DNA of 64,000 nt, taken from Camelus ferus. Its lineage: Eukaryota. The DNA lies in contig NC_045696.1 in NCBI RefSeq assembly GCF_009834535.1, positions 113,710,001 to 113,774,000 on the forward strand. Direction: 5' to 3'. The notes under the pieces are model-generated. The model worked only from the letters and a program-made list of their open reading frames with translations. It ran no database searches and was not told the origin of the DNA. Below, piece after piece: positions 12,193-23,996 of the stretch. Numbering within the stretch: the stretch's first letter is position 1; every line of letters begins with the position of its first letter. The position numbers and the translations under genes were made by a program.

Positions 12193-12983
12193 GGTAGTGG
12201 TTCTAAACCAAAGTTCCCCTTTAAAGCATATTTAAGTTAAAAATAAGTCAGGTTTAAAAAACATAGACTCAAGACCATGACATACAAATGACCAGAGCTC
12301 AGAAACACAATTTTAGCCCATGACATTTATTGATTTTAGTTCAAGGAAGCCTTACTACTAATAAAAATTTGTGTCTATAAAAAAACTTTGTGAGACAAAG
12401 GTTGGAGGAGACAGGAAGTACTTCCAATGAAAACTTCTTAAAACTCTCAAGGTGTCCCACCGCCTAAGAAATTAAATACAACCCGTCCATCTTGTTCCAC
12501 AAGAACCACATGATACAGTCCAACGAGATTTCCGGTCCTTTCTACAGACGTGCATCTCTGGAATGATGCAGAATTTCTCATGTGCCATTTCCGGGTACTT
12601 GAGAGAACAGCAGAGGCTCCAGGAGCTTAGGAAATGCTGGATGAAACAACATGGAGTTGGCTTATTTCCCGAGGACTTGTCAGAATCCTTATGCTGATGC
12701 ACAGACAACTCCAAAGAGAGACTCAAGCGCACAGTATTTCCCCACATTTAAAAAATTATAAAACTCCTTGTTTTGTTTATGAGGAGCATCTCGTGGGGCT
12801 AATGTTTCTTTCAGCACTCCCACTGTGCTGTGGTCAGACCGGGCTGCTGTCATTCCCCCAACATGACTCACCTTTTCCAGCTTCTGTGCGATTGGGTGCA
12901 CGGCTCCCTTTGCCTGGAAGGGAGGTCCTTTCGTGGCGACTGAAGTCCTGGCCCCAGTCCTTCCCCTCTCTTTGCTTTGCCCT

Positions 12984-13340
12984 ATGACGTGGCAATGCCC
13001 CACTAGAGGTGGAGTCCGTTTCCCCATCCCTGACTTTGGCCTTGACCATGTGACTTGCTTTGGGGGAGTGGATGTTAGTGGAAATGACACATCAGAGGCT
13101 TGAGATGTGTGTGTGCAGTTGGGTTTGCCCTCTCGGCCTCCATGTCACCATAACTGCCCCAGATGGCACAAAGTGGGGACACACGGAGCACCCTCAGGGG
13201 GCCAAGCCCAGCAGAGCCTCCGTGTGAGCAGAGCTGCCTGGCCAAGCAGCCTGGATCGGCCGACCTCCATCCGTCCTGCAGACGCGCGGAGGAGTTTTGG
13301 GGGGTGTGATGCAGCATTACAGTGACAGTAGCCAACCATG
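12984..13340 (+). mobile_element. MLT1-family LTR fragment
   Basis: gaggtggagtccgtttccccatccctgactttggccttgaccatgtgacttgctttgg...tgatgcagcattacagtgacagtagc. Confidence 0.65.
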
Positions 13341-14618
13341 CGACTTTCTCTTAAAGCCCATCTCCCCAGGCCTTGCCTGCTCCCCCTACACCCTCACTGG
13401 CCTTGACAGTGACCCCTCCCTGCTCTGCAGCTCTGTGTTCACTTGGCTGTGGCCTCACAAAACCTCAGAAGTGCTCCTGAGACTGAGGCCTGAAGACAGC
13501 CCCTCTCCTGCCAGGGCCTCTTCTGTCACGAGTAGCGCTCACTTCGGCCACTGTCTCCTGATCGGTGAATGTGGCAGAGCAGCACAGCTGTGCTCCAATA
13601 ACACTTCATTTACAAAACGGGCGGCGGGGGCCTCAGTTCCCTCACCCATTAGAAAGTCACACGGGACGAAGAACCCCTCTCCACAGCCACCCTAAAGCAT
13701 TCTCTTCCCCCGGATTTGGCTTGCAAACAGTTGTATTCCTTTTAGAGTGGACGCCAGTCTTTAAATCTCCTGTATTCCACGGTTTTCCTCCTCCGATCTC
13801 CCCAAACGTTCCTGCCACCATCCCCACACACGCACATCTAGGCATGTCTCATGGCGGTGCTGGAGGGGACCCCAGGGCCCTCAAGTCACTCCTCTTGTTT
13901 CCCAGTCTGTGGAACTGAAGGCCAGGTCCCGATGCCAGTTGGTGACAGAGCAGGGGCAGGGTGCATTTGGCTTCCGGTCCACGTGGGTCACCAGTTCACG
14001 TGTGTTGTGAACCAGCGCCTTCCTACCGGCAACAATGCTACACGGAAAAGTGTGTGTGTGTGTCTTAAATTTCCCATCCCATTAAACTCCACAAGGGAAA
14101 GAACATCTCTATGACACTTTTTCTTAAGTCCTTAAATTAAAATAAATTGTTACAAAAATGATACATGCCTGAAAAATGACTGAAATAATTAAGAAGCATA
14201 TAGAGGAAGAGAAAGTTCCCTTTCATCCGCCCACATCGCCTCCCCGGCTCCTGCAGAGGTAACTGCATTTTCCCCCCAACATATTATTATGAAAAATTCA
14301 AATACACAGAAAGACTAATTTTGCAGTGAGCACCTGTATGTTCTTCTGGATTCTAAAATGAACATTTTACTGTTCTTGCTTTATCATGAATCTGGGCATC
14401 TATCTAACCATGCCTCTATTCACCCACCAACTCCTTTTTTTTCTTTTTTTTTTTTTTTTTTGAGTTTCAGAGCAAATTGCAGACAGCAAGAAAGCAAGAA
14501 ACAGAACACAAACATCACCCTGGAAAGAGCCTACTCGCCTTCTCACTCAACCGCTGTGTGGATGTTTTCCCACCATTGATTATTTGTCTGTTCTAGAGCT
14601 TCATTTAAATGGAATCCT

Positions 14619-14645
14619 ACACACACACACACACACACACACACA
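14619..14645. repeat. (CA)n microsatellite
   Basis: Directly visible. Confidence 0.95.
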
Positions 14646-16877
14646 AATGTACTCTTTTGTGTAACACAGCACAGGTTATCCCCCGCCCCACCACCCACAT
14701 GTACTACAAATAACCAGGTGTGTTTTCTTTTCCCCCAGGGGTCACCCTACACGCTGTCCTGAGACTTGCTGAGTGGTGGGGAGCTGAGTATCTGATTGGA
14801 AACTCAACTCTGACACTAGCTGAGCGATTCTGGGCAGGTGCTTTAACTTCTCTGCGCCCTGATTGCCTCTTCTATTGTAAAATCGAAGCGAATATTACCC
14901 ATCTCAACCCCATGGGGTGACGTGTAACACGGAAGGCCAAGGCCTGGAAGCCCCTGGGGGCAGGGCTGGCCCCTGGGGGTGAACGCAGGGACCCCTGCTG
15001 CCCCGTCCAGGCCCCGTGGCCACAGCGATGTCAACAGTACTTTGTTGTTAACGTCAGGGGTCTGTGATCTCTTCTGGAAGCTGCCCTGAGGCCACTGGAA
15101 CCCCTCCCCAAGTACATAGAGTAATGAAGTTTTTCTATTATTTTCTGTTCACATCACGACATGACACCGCAGGAAAAACGGATGGATTCCTTTATGCCCC
15201 ACGTGTACGTTTCATGGGAGTTTCTGTCCCCGGAACTGATGGTGTAGGGGTGAGGGCTGACTCCCTGGCCCCCCCGTGAGTGCACTCAGGGTCGCTTACA
15301 CTCCGCAGCTCCCCCGGGGTCAGGCCGAGGTCTGGGGAGGCGCCCCGGCAGGGCATCCCCCTCCCCTGAGCTGCTCTTCCCATCAGTTCCACACACCCCC
15401 TGGGAGCACCGGGGTGGTGAATCCCTCGCCCATCACTCCCGTCTCGCTGCTTCTGGGACCCCAGCTCCAACTGGCCCTCCATACACTTCTGTGGCTAATC
15501 ATATGTCTCTGAGTCTGAGGACAGCGGCCTGGTCCAGCCTGTGGCAGGAGCCCTGCGTGAGGAAGGCCACTGGGCAGGACAAACCTGTTCGTTCGTCTTC
15601 GTGGGCCCCCTTTTCCTCTAGGTAAAGTGGGAGGCGGGCACCAGACTGTCTGAAAGATCCCATTCACATAATCCGAGTCAAGGTGGGGTTTTATCAGAGC
15701 TGCCTTACAGGAGCATGGCCAGTTCTGCAAATATAGACTTGTGATGGGTCAGGGATGCTTGGATAGAATGCTTAGAAAGTGAGTGGTGTGTAATGTTCAG
15801 GAAGGGGATGAGTTAGAGAAAAAGAAAGTCTCTGAAAGGGCCAAAAAAACTGGGAGGTTCTGACTCAAGAAGAGGGAGGTGCTCCAGTGCCCAGAGGGAG
15901 TGCAGACCCGCAGGGCAAGGGCAGGTGGAGGCCTGTGCGCGCTGGAGCCCAGCCCAGAGGGGCCAGCCGAGCTCACCCGTGCAGCCAAGAGTCCTTCCAG
16001 AAGCGCCCAGTAGTTTTCACTCTCTGAGTAGGTAGATTTGGAGGAACACAGAGATGAGCCTTGAATAAAAGTTAGGAACGGGCTTCAATTCAACAGATAT
16101 CTTCTGATGCAAATGCATGAAGAGGGCTTTTCTGGTCCACACCCCACGGGGGCCCTGAAGGTGGTCACAGCGCTGCGGCCCTTCTGGGGTGTGGGAGGTG
16201 CTGGGCCAGAGGCTGGCGCTGTGTCAGGATTCAGTGGTTCGACCGAACCCTTATCCAAGGGCTTTTCAGCTGAAGACAGTCGCTCCTTCCCTGTCTAGTG
16301 GAGCCTCCAGAGGCCACGGGGCCAGGCCGGAAGGAAGGAGACCCTCTAAGGAGGCCGCTGTTCCCCACCCAGCCTGTCTCCTGGCCTGTGGGAGTTACCA
16401 TCCTAAGGAAGGCCCCCAGGACAGAGCCCAGGGAACCGGGTTAAAGGCTAGCTCCCCGAGGACAGAGAACAATGCACTGACTGCGGGAAGGGTGATGAAA
16501 TGGGTTCCAGGAAACGCTGTCCAGCATCAGCATCTCAGCCTCACCTCCAGCGAGAAGGAGAGGCCCATCTAGGGAAAGTTCTGAAGAGCCTGCTCAGAGG
16601 GAAAGGGATGGAGGGATGGTGGAAGGGGCCAGCCTGGGGAGAGAGTTGGAGAGACTGGGAAGCGGATAATGCCTTAGAGGGATCCACGAGGGACACCTGT
16701 TTCCTCACAGGGTCCCAGGGAGAGGCTCTGGGGTGCACCCAGGGAGTTTGCTCCAAGGCACCATGACTCCCAGTCTCAGCAGAGACCCCACGTCCAAACT
16801 TGTGACCAGGGTCGGCAGAACCCTCCCGTATTCAAGATCATCTTGACTCTGACAGCCAGTTCACGAGTCATCGTCTG

Positions 16878-17207
16878 TGTCTTGGGGCTGCTATCACAAA
16901 CTGCCAGAGACTGGGTGGCTCCAATGACAAGCATTTATTTCTCTCAGTCCTGGAGGCTGGAAGTCAGGTCAGGGTGCTGGCAGATTCACTGTCTGGCTGG
17001 GGGCCTGCTTCCTGGTTACAGAGCTGACTTCCTCACATGGCAGGAGGATGGCGGTGGGAGAGCTCTCTGGGTCCCTTTATAAGGGCACTAATCCCACCAG
17101 GAGGGCTGCACCCTCGTGACCTCATCACCTCCCAGCACCACCCAACTGGGTGTTAGGATTTCAGCCCGAATGGGCAGGGAGAGGGGTGCACATTCAACTC
17201 CACGACA
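16878..17207 (-). mobile_element. MLT1A-like solo LTR
   Basis: gggctgctatcacaaactgcca...tttatttctctcagtcctggaggctggaagtc...tttataagggcactaatccca; 5-bp TSD gtctg/gtcag. Confidence 0.8.
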
Positions 17208-19410
17208 GTCAGTTAAGAGCCCCACACCAGAGGTTCCGTGATGCGTGTTCCAGATTGTACAAGACCCTTGGTTCCTTCACAGGACCCGGGGGAGCAGGGA
17301 GACTGGCCCAGTTACCCTCGAGCCTGAGACTGAATTTCTCCACATCGTTGAAAGGTTGGGGTGGACTCAGAGCTGAGTAAATTTAATTTAGTGAAACCAA
17401 TAATTGTGACAGACGTTACACACCAAGTTGCAGACTTTGTGCTTGGGAGCCCGCAGCCTGAACTGAAAAGAGCGGTAATGGGTACTAAAAACTTCAGTCC
17501 ACACTGCGGGAATTAAAGAGTGACACAAGAGAAGTGGTAAAGCTGCCTGTAACTGATGACAAAGTGTGGAACTGCTGGCAGTGGAGGTGGCTGGTGGCTT
17601 TGTTCCTTGGCCCCAAGGCCGCCTCTGAACTCCCAGGCCACCTGGAGCACAAGCAGCCTCCCCTGCCTGGAGCTGACCCTGACCCGTCAAGCCTGAGCTC
17701 CAGGTTTGAATGCTCAACTTTCCCCCCAGTTCCCAGCCCCGACCAGGATGGCTGCCCTGCACTTCCCTCCTCAGCACACCCTCTGCTGAGGAACCTCCCA
17801 GCTGTAATTGACCCTGAGCTCAGGGTCAGGGGTGGTTTCCGTCCCGTGCTCTGGGGCGCTCAGAATCCAGTCCTCCCTCCAGAGTACCAGTGCCGAGGGA
17901 CTCTGTCCTGAGATGATGTTTGAATTATTCCCCAGTGGCTTTTCTTTCCTGGCAGCTCCTCCCGCCTCCTGCCCCAGGAGCCCCTTACCATGAAAACTGG
18001 AGATCGGCTCAGGTTCGTCCTGCGTGGAAGGAGAAAGCCTTCAAAACTAGACCTGATCATGTGGAACTGCTTGTGGTGATGGGGGTAGGTTTATCATCGT
18101 GATTGTGGAGACGGTTTCCCGGATGCTTATATAAGTCAACGCTTATCAAATGGTACACCTGACTTACTTGCTGTTGGTCGTGGTCAGTACCTCCCCATCA
18201 GGCTGTCAAAAAGCGAAGTGGGGCTTTGTGCTGGCTCTCGGCTGGGCCTTAGAATACTGAAAGCAGAAAGAAGTTATGAAATCCTAGTCCTTAGGAAAGA
18301 AAAGAGCTGGTTTAAGCTCTCAGGACCTGGATGTGGTGGTCACACAGGAAGCAGCACAGCAGTGCCCAGACTCCTGCTGGGAGCACTTCAGACAGGTCCA
18401 CCCTCGGACTCCGGCCCCTCCAGCACATCTGCCTTGGTGGTCAAGGCGCTGCTGGGGCTGGGCCAGGGAGCACATGTCCAGAACCACTGGTCTAGGTCCA
18501 GCATCCTGGAGCAGTGGGAATGGAAACACAGCTTTCCTGCCTTTGGAGAGGATGACTCACAGAGATCAGTGCCTGAACCTCGTGGGGGGTCCCTGAGAAG
18601 GCCTGGGGTCCTGGGATTCTGCTTCAGAGTGAGACCCCAGAGACAGGTGCAGGTGGGGGGATGGACACCTCGGACAGGTCTGGGGACTTGAGAGCAAAGC
18701 TGTAACCGCCTGCCTCTCTGGGCTGTGGCCGGAGACACTAGCCCCCAACCCCAGAGAATCCCACTGGAGAGCTCTGTGTGGTCCCGGGCATTCCTCTGCA
18801 GACAGTCCCGGTGGCCCAGCCGTGACCTGTGGTGGGGGCAGGAACACTGAGTGCCTGGGCCTGATCGCTGGCCCACAGCCTTGCAGGTCCCACCGCAGAG
18901 GCTGGCGGGGACGGGGACAGCCTCCAAGCACTTAACATCACCTGAGGCGCAGCTACCCAAGAGGGCATAATTTTGGCGCTGGAAGCACCAGTTGTCTTGA
19001 ATCAACAAGATTAGGTTTCCTACCTTTAGCACAAACAAGCACTCTAGAACTGAGTGCATTTTAATAGGAGACACAGGGACAGTTCCACCTCTGAGCACTT
19101 GAATGGCTGACTCAGGGCTATTCAACTTTGAACCCGTTGAAAATGGATGAAGACGACACTGTTGTGGGCTGAGGAAGACTAGCCCATCTCCAGGAGGGAG
19201 TCCAAGTCTTGGAGTTTTGGCAGGATGTTTGGGCATCGAAAGGGGAAGCCAAGCAGCAGAAGCCCAGAGAGAGAAAGCCCGCCCGCTGCCTTGATGTGGG
19301 TGGAACCCGCAGAGGGTTTGAGTCCTGCTCCAGCTCCCGACCCCCTGCAGACGCAGGCACCTCTCAGCCAGGGTGGGCTCGAAGCAGAGCCGAGCCGGGG
19401 GCGGAGGCAG

Positions 19411-19971
19411 TGTTACCAAATCAGTCCTCCGGACCCTCTGTCCGGGCCAGGGAGGCTCTTTTCCCCTCAGATTCTTGCAGCCCATAACGGAACCAGTGCT
19501 GGACTGGAACAGCACAGCTGTATTCAGCGGCCCGAGGGGAGAAGTGGGAGCCTCGTTTGCAAATCAGCTTCTCAACCCAGTTCAGGCAGAGACACCAAAT
19601 ATATGGGAGGGTCAAAGTAAAAGGGAGAATTGGAAAGAGTGGGAGGAATATTCATAACTTTTCCGAGAACAGGGGAGTGGTTTGGACCTGGAACTCATGC
19701 AACTCTTCTTTTCAGTCCTTGCAGTGGGCTTTTCCAGCAGTCATGGTGCTGGGGGCTGTGTCATTTATCAGGCTAATGTATTACAATGAGCACATAATGA
19801 GGTTCAAGGTCCACTGGAAGCCAAATCCTCTGCCATCTTGGGTCTAGTTGGTTCTGACTGGCTCTTGTCCTTTTTTCTTGGCAGCCACCTCCTGAAACTT
19901 AGATGAGAGTAATTGGCTTCCATTCAAGGGAGGGGCAGGGGTGTGATCCTGGGGACAACAGCCCTGTAACA
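19411..19971 (-). mobile_element. ERV1-class solo LTR
   Basis: Inverted termini TGTTA...TAACA with a 4-bp TSD GCAG on both sides (19407-19410, 19972-19975), typical of gammaretroviral integration. Internal ctaatgtattacaatgagcacataatgagg...gccatcttgg motif resembles antisense ERV1 LTRs; orientation is inferred. Confidence 0.7.
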
Positions 19972-20299
19972 GCAGTGCTAAGATCTGCCCTTTTTCCCCC
20001 TGGCTAAACAGAGTTTGGGTCACCCTGTGGTTGTCCTGCTGACAGTGGGAGGGGCTGGCAGGCGTATTTAGGGCTGTGGCTGAGATGAGAGTAAAGGAAG
20101 TGGTGCCCAAGAGGACAGTTGTCTTTGTGATCTATTAGTCATTCACTTGTTTTTATGTCGTAATCGACACAGAAGACACATGTTGCTCTGCTTAAATGAA
20201 AGGTTTAAAAATAAGTTGCAGGCGCTGTAACAATGAAGCAGCAGATGTTTGGTCTTCTGGGGAAAAAACAATCACATCCTATTTGCAAACCTTCACTGA

Positions 20300-21015
20300 T
20301 AATCTACACAATGAGATATGACCTTCACACTCACTAAGATGGCTACAATCAGAACTTAAGTGTTGGCAAGGGTGTGGAGACACTGGAAACCAGACTCTGC
20401 TGGTGGGAATGTAAAATGTTGCAGTTACTCAAACAGTTACTGGAAGTTACTGGAAGTTACTCAGACAGTTAAACATGGTTACCATATGATCCAGCAATTC
20501 CAACGCGTCTAGTTGACGAATTGAAAACAAGATATGCACACAAAACCTTGTACATGAATGCTCACAGCATTATTATTCACAATAGACACAAAGTGGAAGC
20601 AACCCACCTGTCTGTCAACTGATAAAGAGATAAATAAAATATGGTCCAACTGCACCATAGAACATGACTTAGCATAAAATGGGATGAAGTCCTGATCCTC
20701 GCTACGATGTGGGCATGCTATGTGAAAGAAACCAGATAGAAAAAAACACGTTGTGTGTAACTCCACGTATATGAAATGCCCCTAATAGGCAAATTCATAG
20801 AGACAGGAAGTGGGTGAGCGATTTTCAGGGTCCTGGGGTGTGGGTGGATGGAGAGTAACTGCTAAGTGGATGTGGGGTTTCTTTGTGGAATAATGGAATG
20901 TCTTGGAATTAGATAGTGGTAATGGTTGCACAACTTCATACTAAAACCCACTGAATTGTGCACTTTAAGAAGGTGAACTTTGTCATATGTGAATTGTACC
21001 TTGATTTTTAAAAAG
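20300..21015 (+). mobile_element. L1MB-like 3' fragment
   Basis: tggtgggaatgtaaaatg...ccatatgatccagcaattcc...ggcaaattcatagagacag...ggtaatggttgcacaac...ccactgaattgtgcactttaa. Confidence 0.85.
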
Positions 21016-22789
21016 CACTCTTTAAGAACGCACTTGCACTCAAACTTACACCCCACCCCCCATAATCTTTGATGATTGTGATAGCAGCCACTTCTATTAA
21101 TAACATCTTTTTTTTTTTCCCTCCTCTGACAAAACCCCAAAGAGGGAACAATGCTACAACTTTCTAAATTTCTCCCTAGAGTAACCGGAATTGTGTCCAA
21201 TAGTAATTTCTTCTTCATAATGAAAAGACAAGAAGTTTCTTTTAAAGTTTTGGGGGCATCTGTTGAAGAGGGGCATTGACACTCAGTCACGTTCCTGTCT
21301 TAGAGAGGGGTTTAGACAGTTCTTCTGATCTTTTAAATATTCAAAAAGATTATTTTTGAAACTGGTGTTTAAACAGAGAAAGTAGGATTTCAGAAGCTGC
21401 AGCATCAAAGCCGGAATTCGCGAAGCCAGAGGGAGGTTACAGAGCAGCGTCGCACAGTACAACTAAAGCGCTTCTAACAGTTACAAGGGGGTTCTTTTGT
21501 GAATAAAAGAATTTCTCACAGGGCTCAAGCATATCTCGGACTAAAGAGAAAGGCAAAAACATTGAATATGTAGATTTTGTTTTATAAGAATGATCACGCC
21601 TGATAGATCTTACTTCACAGGGATTTTGGCAAATCAAGGAGATATATGAGTGTGCTCTGTTCATTGTAAAGAAATGCGACATATAAGTTCAAAACACGAT
21701 TATCTTAATTCAATAAAAGTTTATGGAAATGATATAAAATCACCTGGTGAATTCTGGTTTGTGCTCAAATGACCTACCCCAGACATTTTTCACTTCCTCC
21801 ATAAAAAGGTGATAGCCCTGTTTCTTTTCATTTGTGAGAGCTTGAAGTGAGAGGAGCTCGCTGCCCAGGGAGCGGGTGATGAGCTGTCAGTTTTAGGAGA
21901 GGGTGGTTTGCAGGATGAAAACCGACCCCGCGGTCCAGTCTCCTGTCCAAATTCCACGTGGCTCCCTGACCTCACCCCGCCACCCTCTGCAGGGAGCAAC
22001 CTTTTCCTCTTTAACTCCAAATTTCTTGAGAAGTTTTATTTCTAAAAGTTTAAACAAGCCCAGTGTAAGCTCATTTTCACAACAGGAGCCCTACTCAGGC
22101 TGGAAACGTGACTTTCCTAGAACATTTTAGAACAGAAAGCCGGGGTCCCCCTTGCCTTTCCCTCTGACCCTGAGCAGAGCAGCTGGATGGGGTGGAGTGG
22201 GGCACCCCTACTGTGTGCTCTTCTGGGGCTGCTCCCTGAGAACACAGGAGCCTCCCGACCCAGTGGGCGGTGACCCTCGGCTCGGGGCCTCTCACCTGCT
22301 CCACACAGAGCCCCTCCGCCCCAGCACCTCAGCTGGGGTCTCTGGGCATCACCATCCACACTGGCTTTGAGCCCACTCTGGAAGGCGAGGAGGGGCAGGG
22401 TTTTTCTGTATTGATCCAGCTGCACCCCCTCCCCACCTCTGCACCCCCAACTCATTTTCTTTGCTTTGCCTTCTTTAGTGAAGTAAAATCACCAGATTCA
22501 GACTCCTTTGTATGTTACAAAATGACAGCATATGACAAATCCACAGAAACTGGCACCCCTGCCCCCACCCCCCCCCCCGCCTGCCCCCTGCATTGGCGGT
22601 GGGGGGCCGGTTCCCACTCACTTGCCTGGCCTGGAAGCCAGCTCCCCCTTTCTCAAATGCAAGCCCACCGACCCATCAGGAGAATTTCCTCAACAGGCCC
22701 AAAGCAGCCCCAGAGGAAAACACCTGATTTGACAGACAGGTATATTTTTATGCAGACTGGCCACCCACAGCTTAGAAAACACCACTCCG

Positions 22790-22990
22790 GGGGGCCGGCC
22801 CCACGCTGGGGCACACAGCCGGCACCCAGCTCAAGCAGCTTTATCCACACTCTCTTTCTCAGCAGAGCCGAGAGGAGCCGAGGCGGCCGGGAGCCCGGGC
22901 CGCACGGCCTGTCGGCGGCGCAGCCTCCCTGGCTGGGCTGCGCGTCTGCTTTTATTTTGGCCTCGTCAGATCCTGGCCGGAGTCTGTGCT
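22790..22990. promoter_or_regulatory. Small CpG-rich non-repetitive patch, possible distal regulatory element
   Basis: Dense CpGs (gagccgaggcggccgggagcccgggccgcacggcctgtcggcggcgcag) with no repeat similarity recognised. Function is inference only. Confidence 0.3.
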
Positions 22991-23671
22991 AGCACTGCCA
23001 GCTCATTCGTGAAGCCTGTAAAAAATAATGCTGGCAACAAGAGCAGTGAGCAATAGCACCAACCGCAGACCTCATTTACTCAGCACTTGACACGCTGGGC
23101 TAAATGTCTGAGCTACATTTTCTCATTTAATTCTCATAAACTCATGGAGGTTAAATAGCCTCCCTAAACCCGTGCTGGCTACGAAGCATTGTCCGAATCC
23201 CAAACCCACCGAGGGCTCTCTTTTAGGTGCTCGGCTTGGGCCAGAAGAATCAGGCTGCACTTCAAACCCCCAGCGCACTGGACCTGTAAAGGCTGTCACA
23301 GCCCCAGCGCTGTCACTGCCGTTGCAGGTGAGGTCCCCCCACAGAGGGAAGGCAAAGCCATGTGCCGGACTCTTCCCATCAAAGGTTCAGGGAAGGGTCA
23401 CTCTCTCTGAAAAATCAGAAAGAAGATCATGCAATTGGTACTGTTGGTGTCAAAGGAAAGCAAAGTCTGCCTCTCCCAAGGTGGACACTCAACATTATTT
23501 TGTGACCTTGAACCCTCTTTTTGCTAGAACTCCCTCCCTTGTGCTTTGTGAGCACGTTTGATGTCTCTTAGGGTAGGTGGTTCCCAAGCTCATTTTCTGT
23601 CCATCTCAGGGTCTTGAGCCCTAGATTTTTCAGGCCAGGTAACATGTAGATGGAAAAATAATTTCTCCCTT

Positions 23672-23996
23672 TCTTTCTTTTTTTTTTCTTTTTTACTGTA
23701 GTATAGTCAGTCTTCAACGTTGTGTCAATTTCTGGTGCACAGCATAATGTTTCAGTCATACATACACATACATATATTCCTTTTCATATTCTTTGTCATT
23801 ATAGGTTACTACAAGATAGAGAATAGAGTTCCCTGTGCTGTACAGTAGGACCTTGTTGACCTATCTCATATATAGCTATTAGCATCTGCAAATCCTGAAC
23901 TCCCAGTTTATCCCTTCCCACCCTCTTTCCCTCCCTGGTAAAATGAACTTATTTACAAAACAGAAACAGAGTCACAGACAGAAAATAAACTTACGG
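23672..23996 (-). mobile_element. Young L1 3' end with 5' inversion
   Basis: Poly(T) plus antisense L1 3' UTR to 23940, then a sense-oriented L1 segment at 23941-23997. TSD TCTCCCTT at 23664-23671 and 23997-24004. Confidence 0.9.

Noticed and set aside
18388..19515. Longest ORF (375 aa, minus strand)
   Set aside because: Non-ATG start inside an ERV LTR, crosses the LTR boundary, no recognisable domain; expected by chance in GC-rich DNA.
22270..22992. 240-aa ORF and other Pro/Gly/Ala-rich ORFs at 13-34 kb
   Set aside because: No homology recognised and overlapping ORFs occur in several frames, typical of stop-poor GC-rich sequence.
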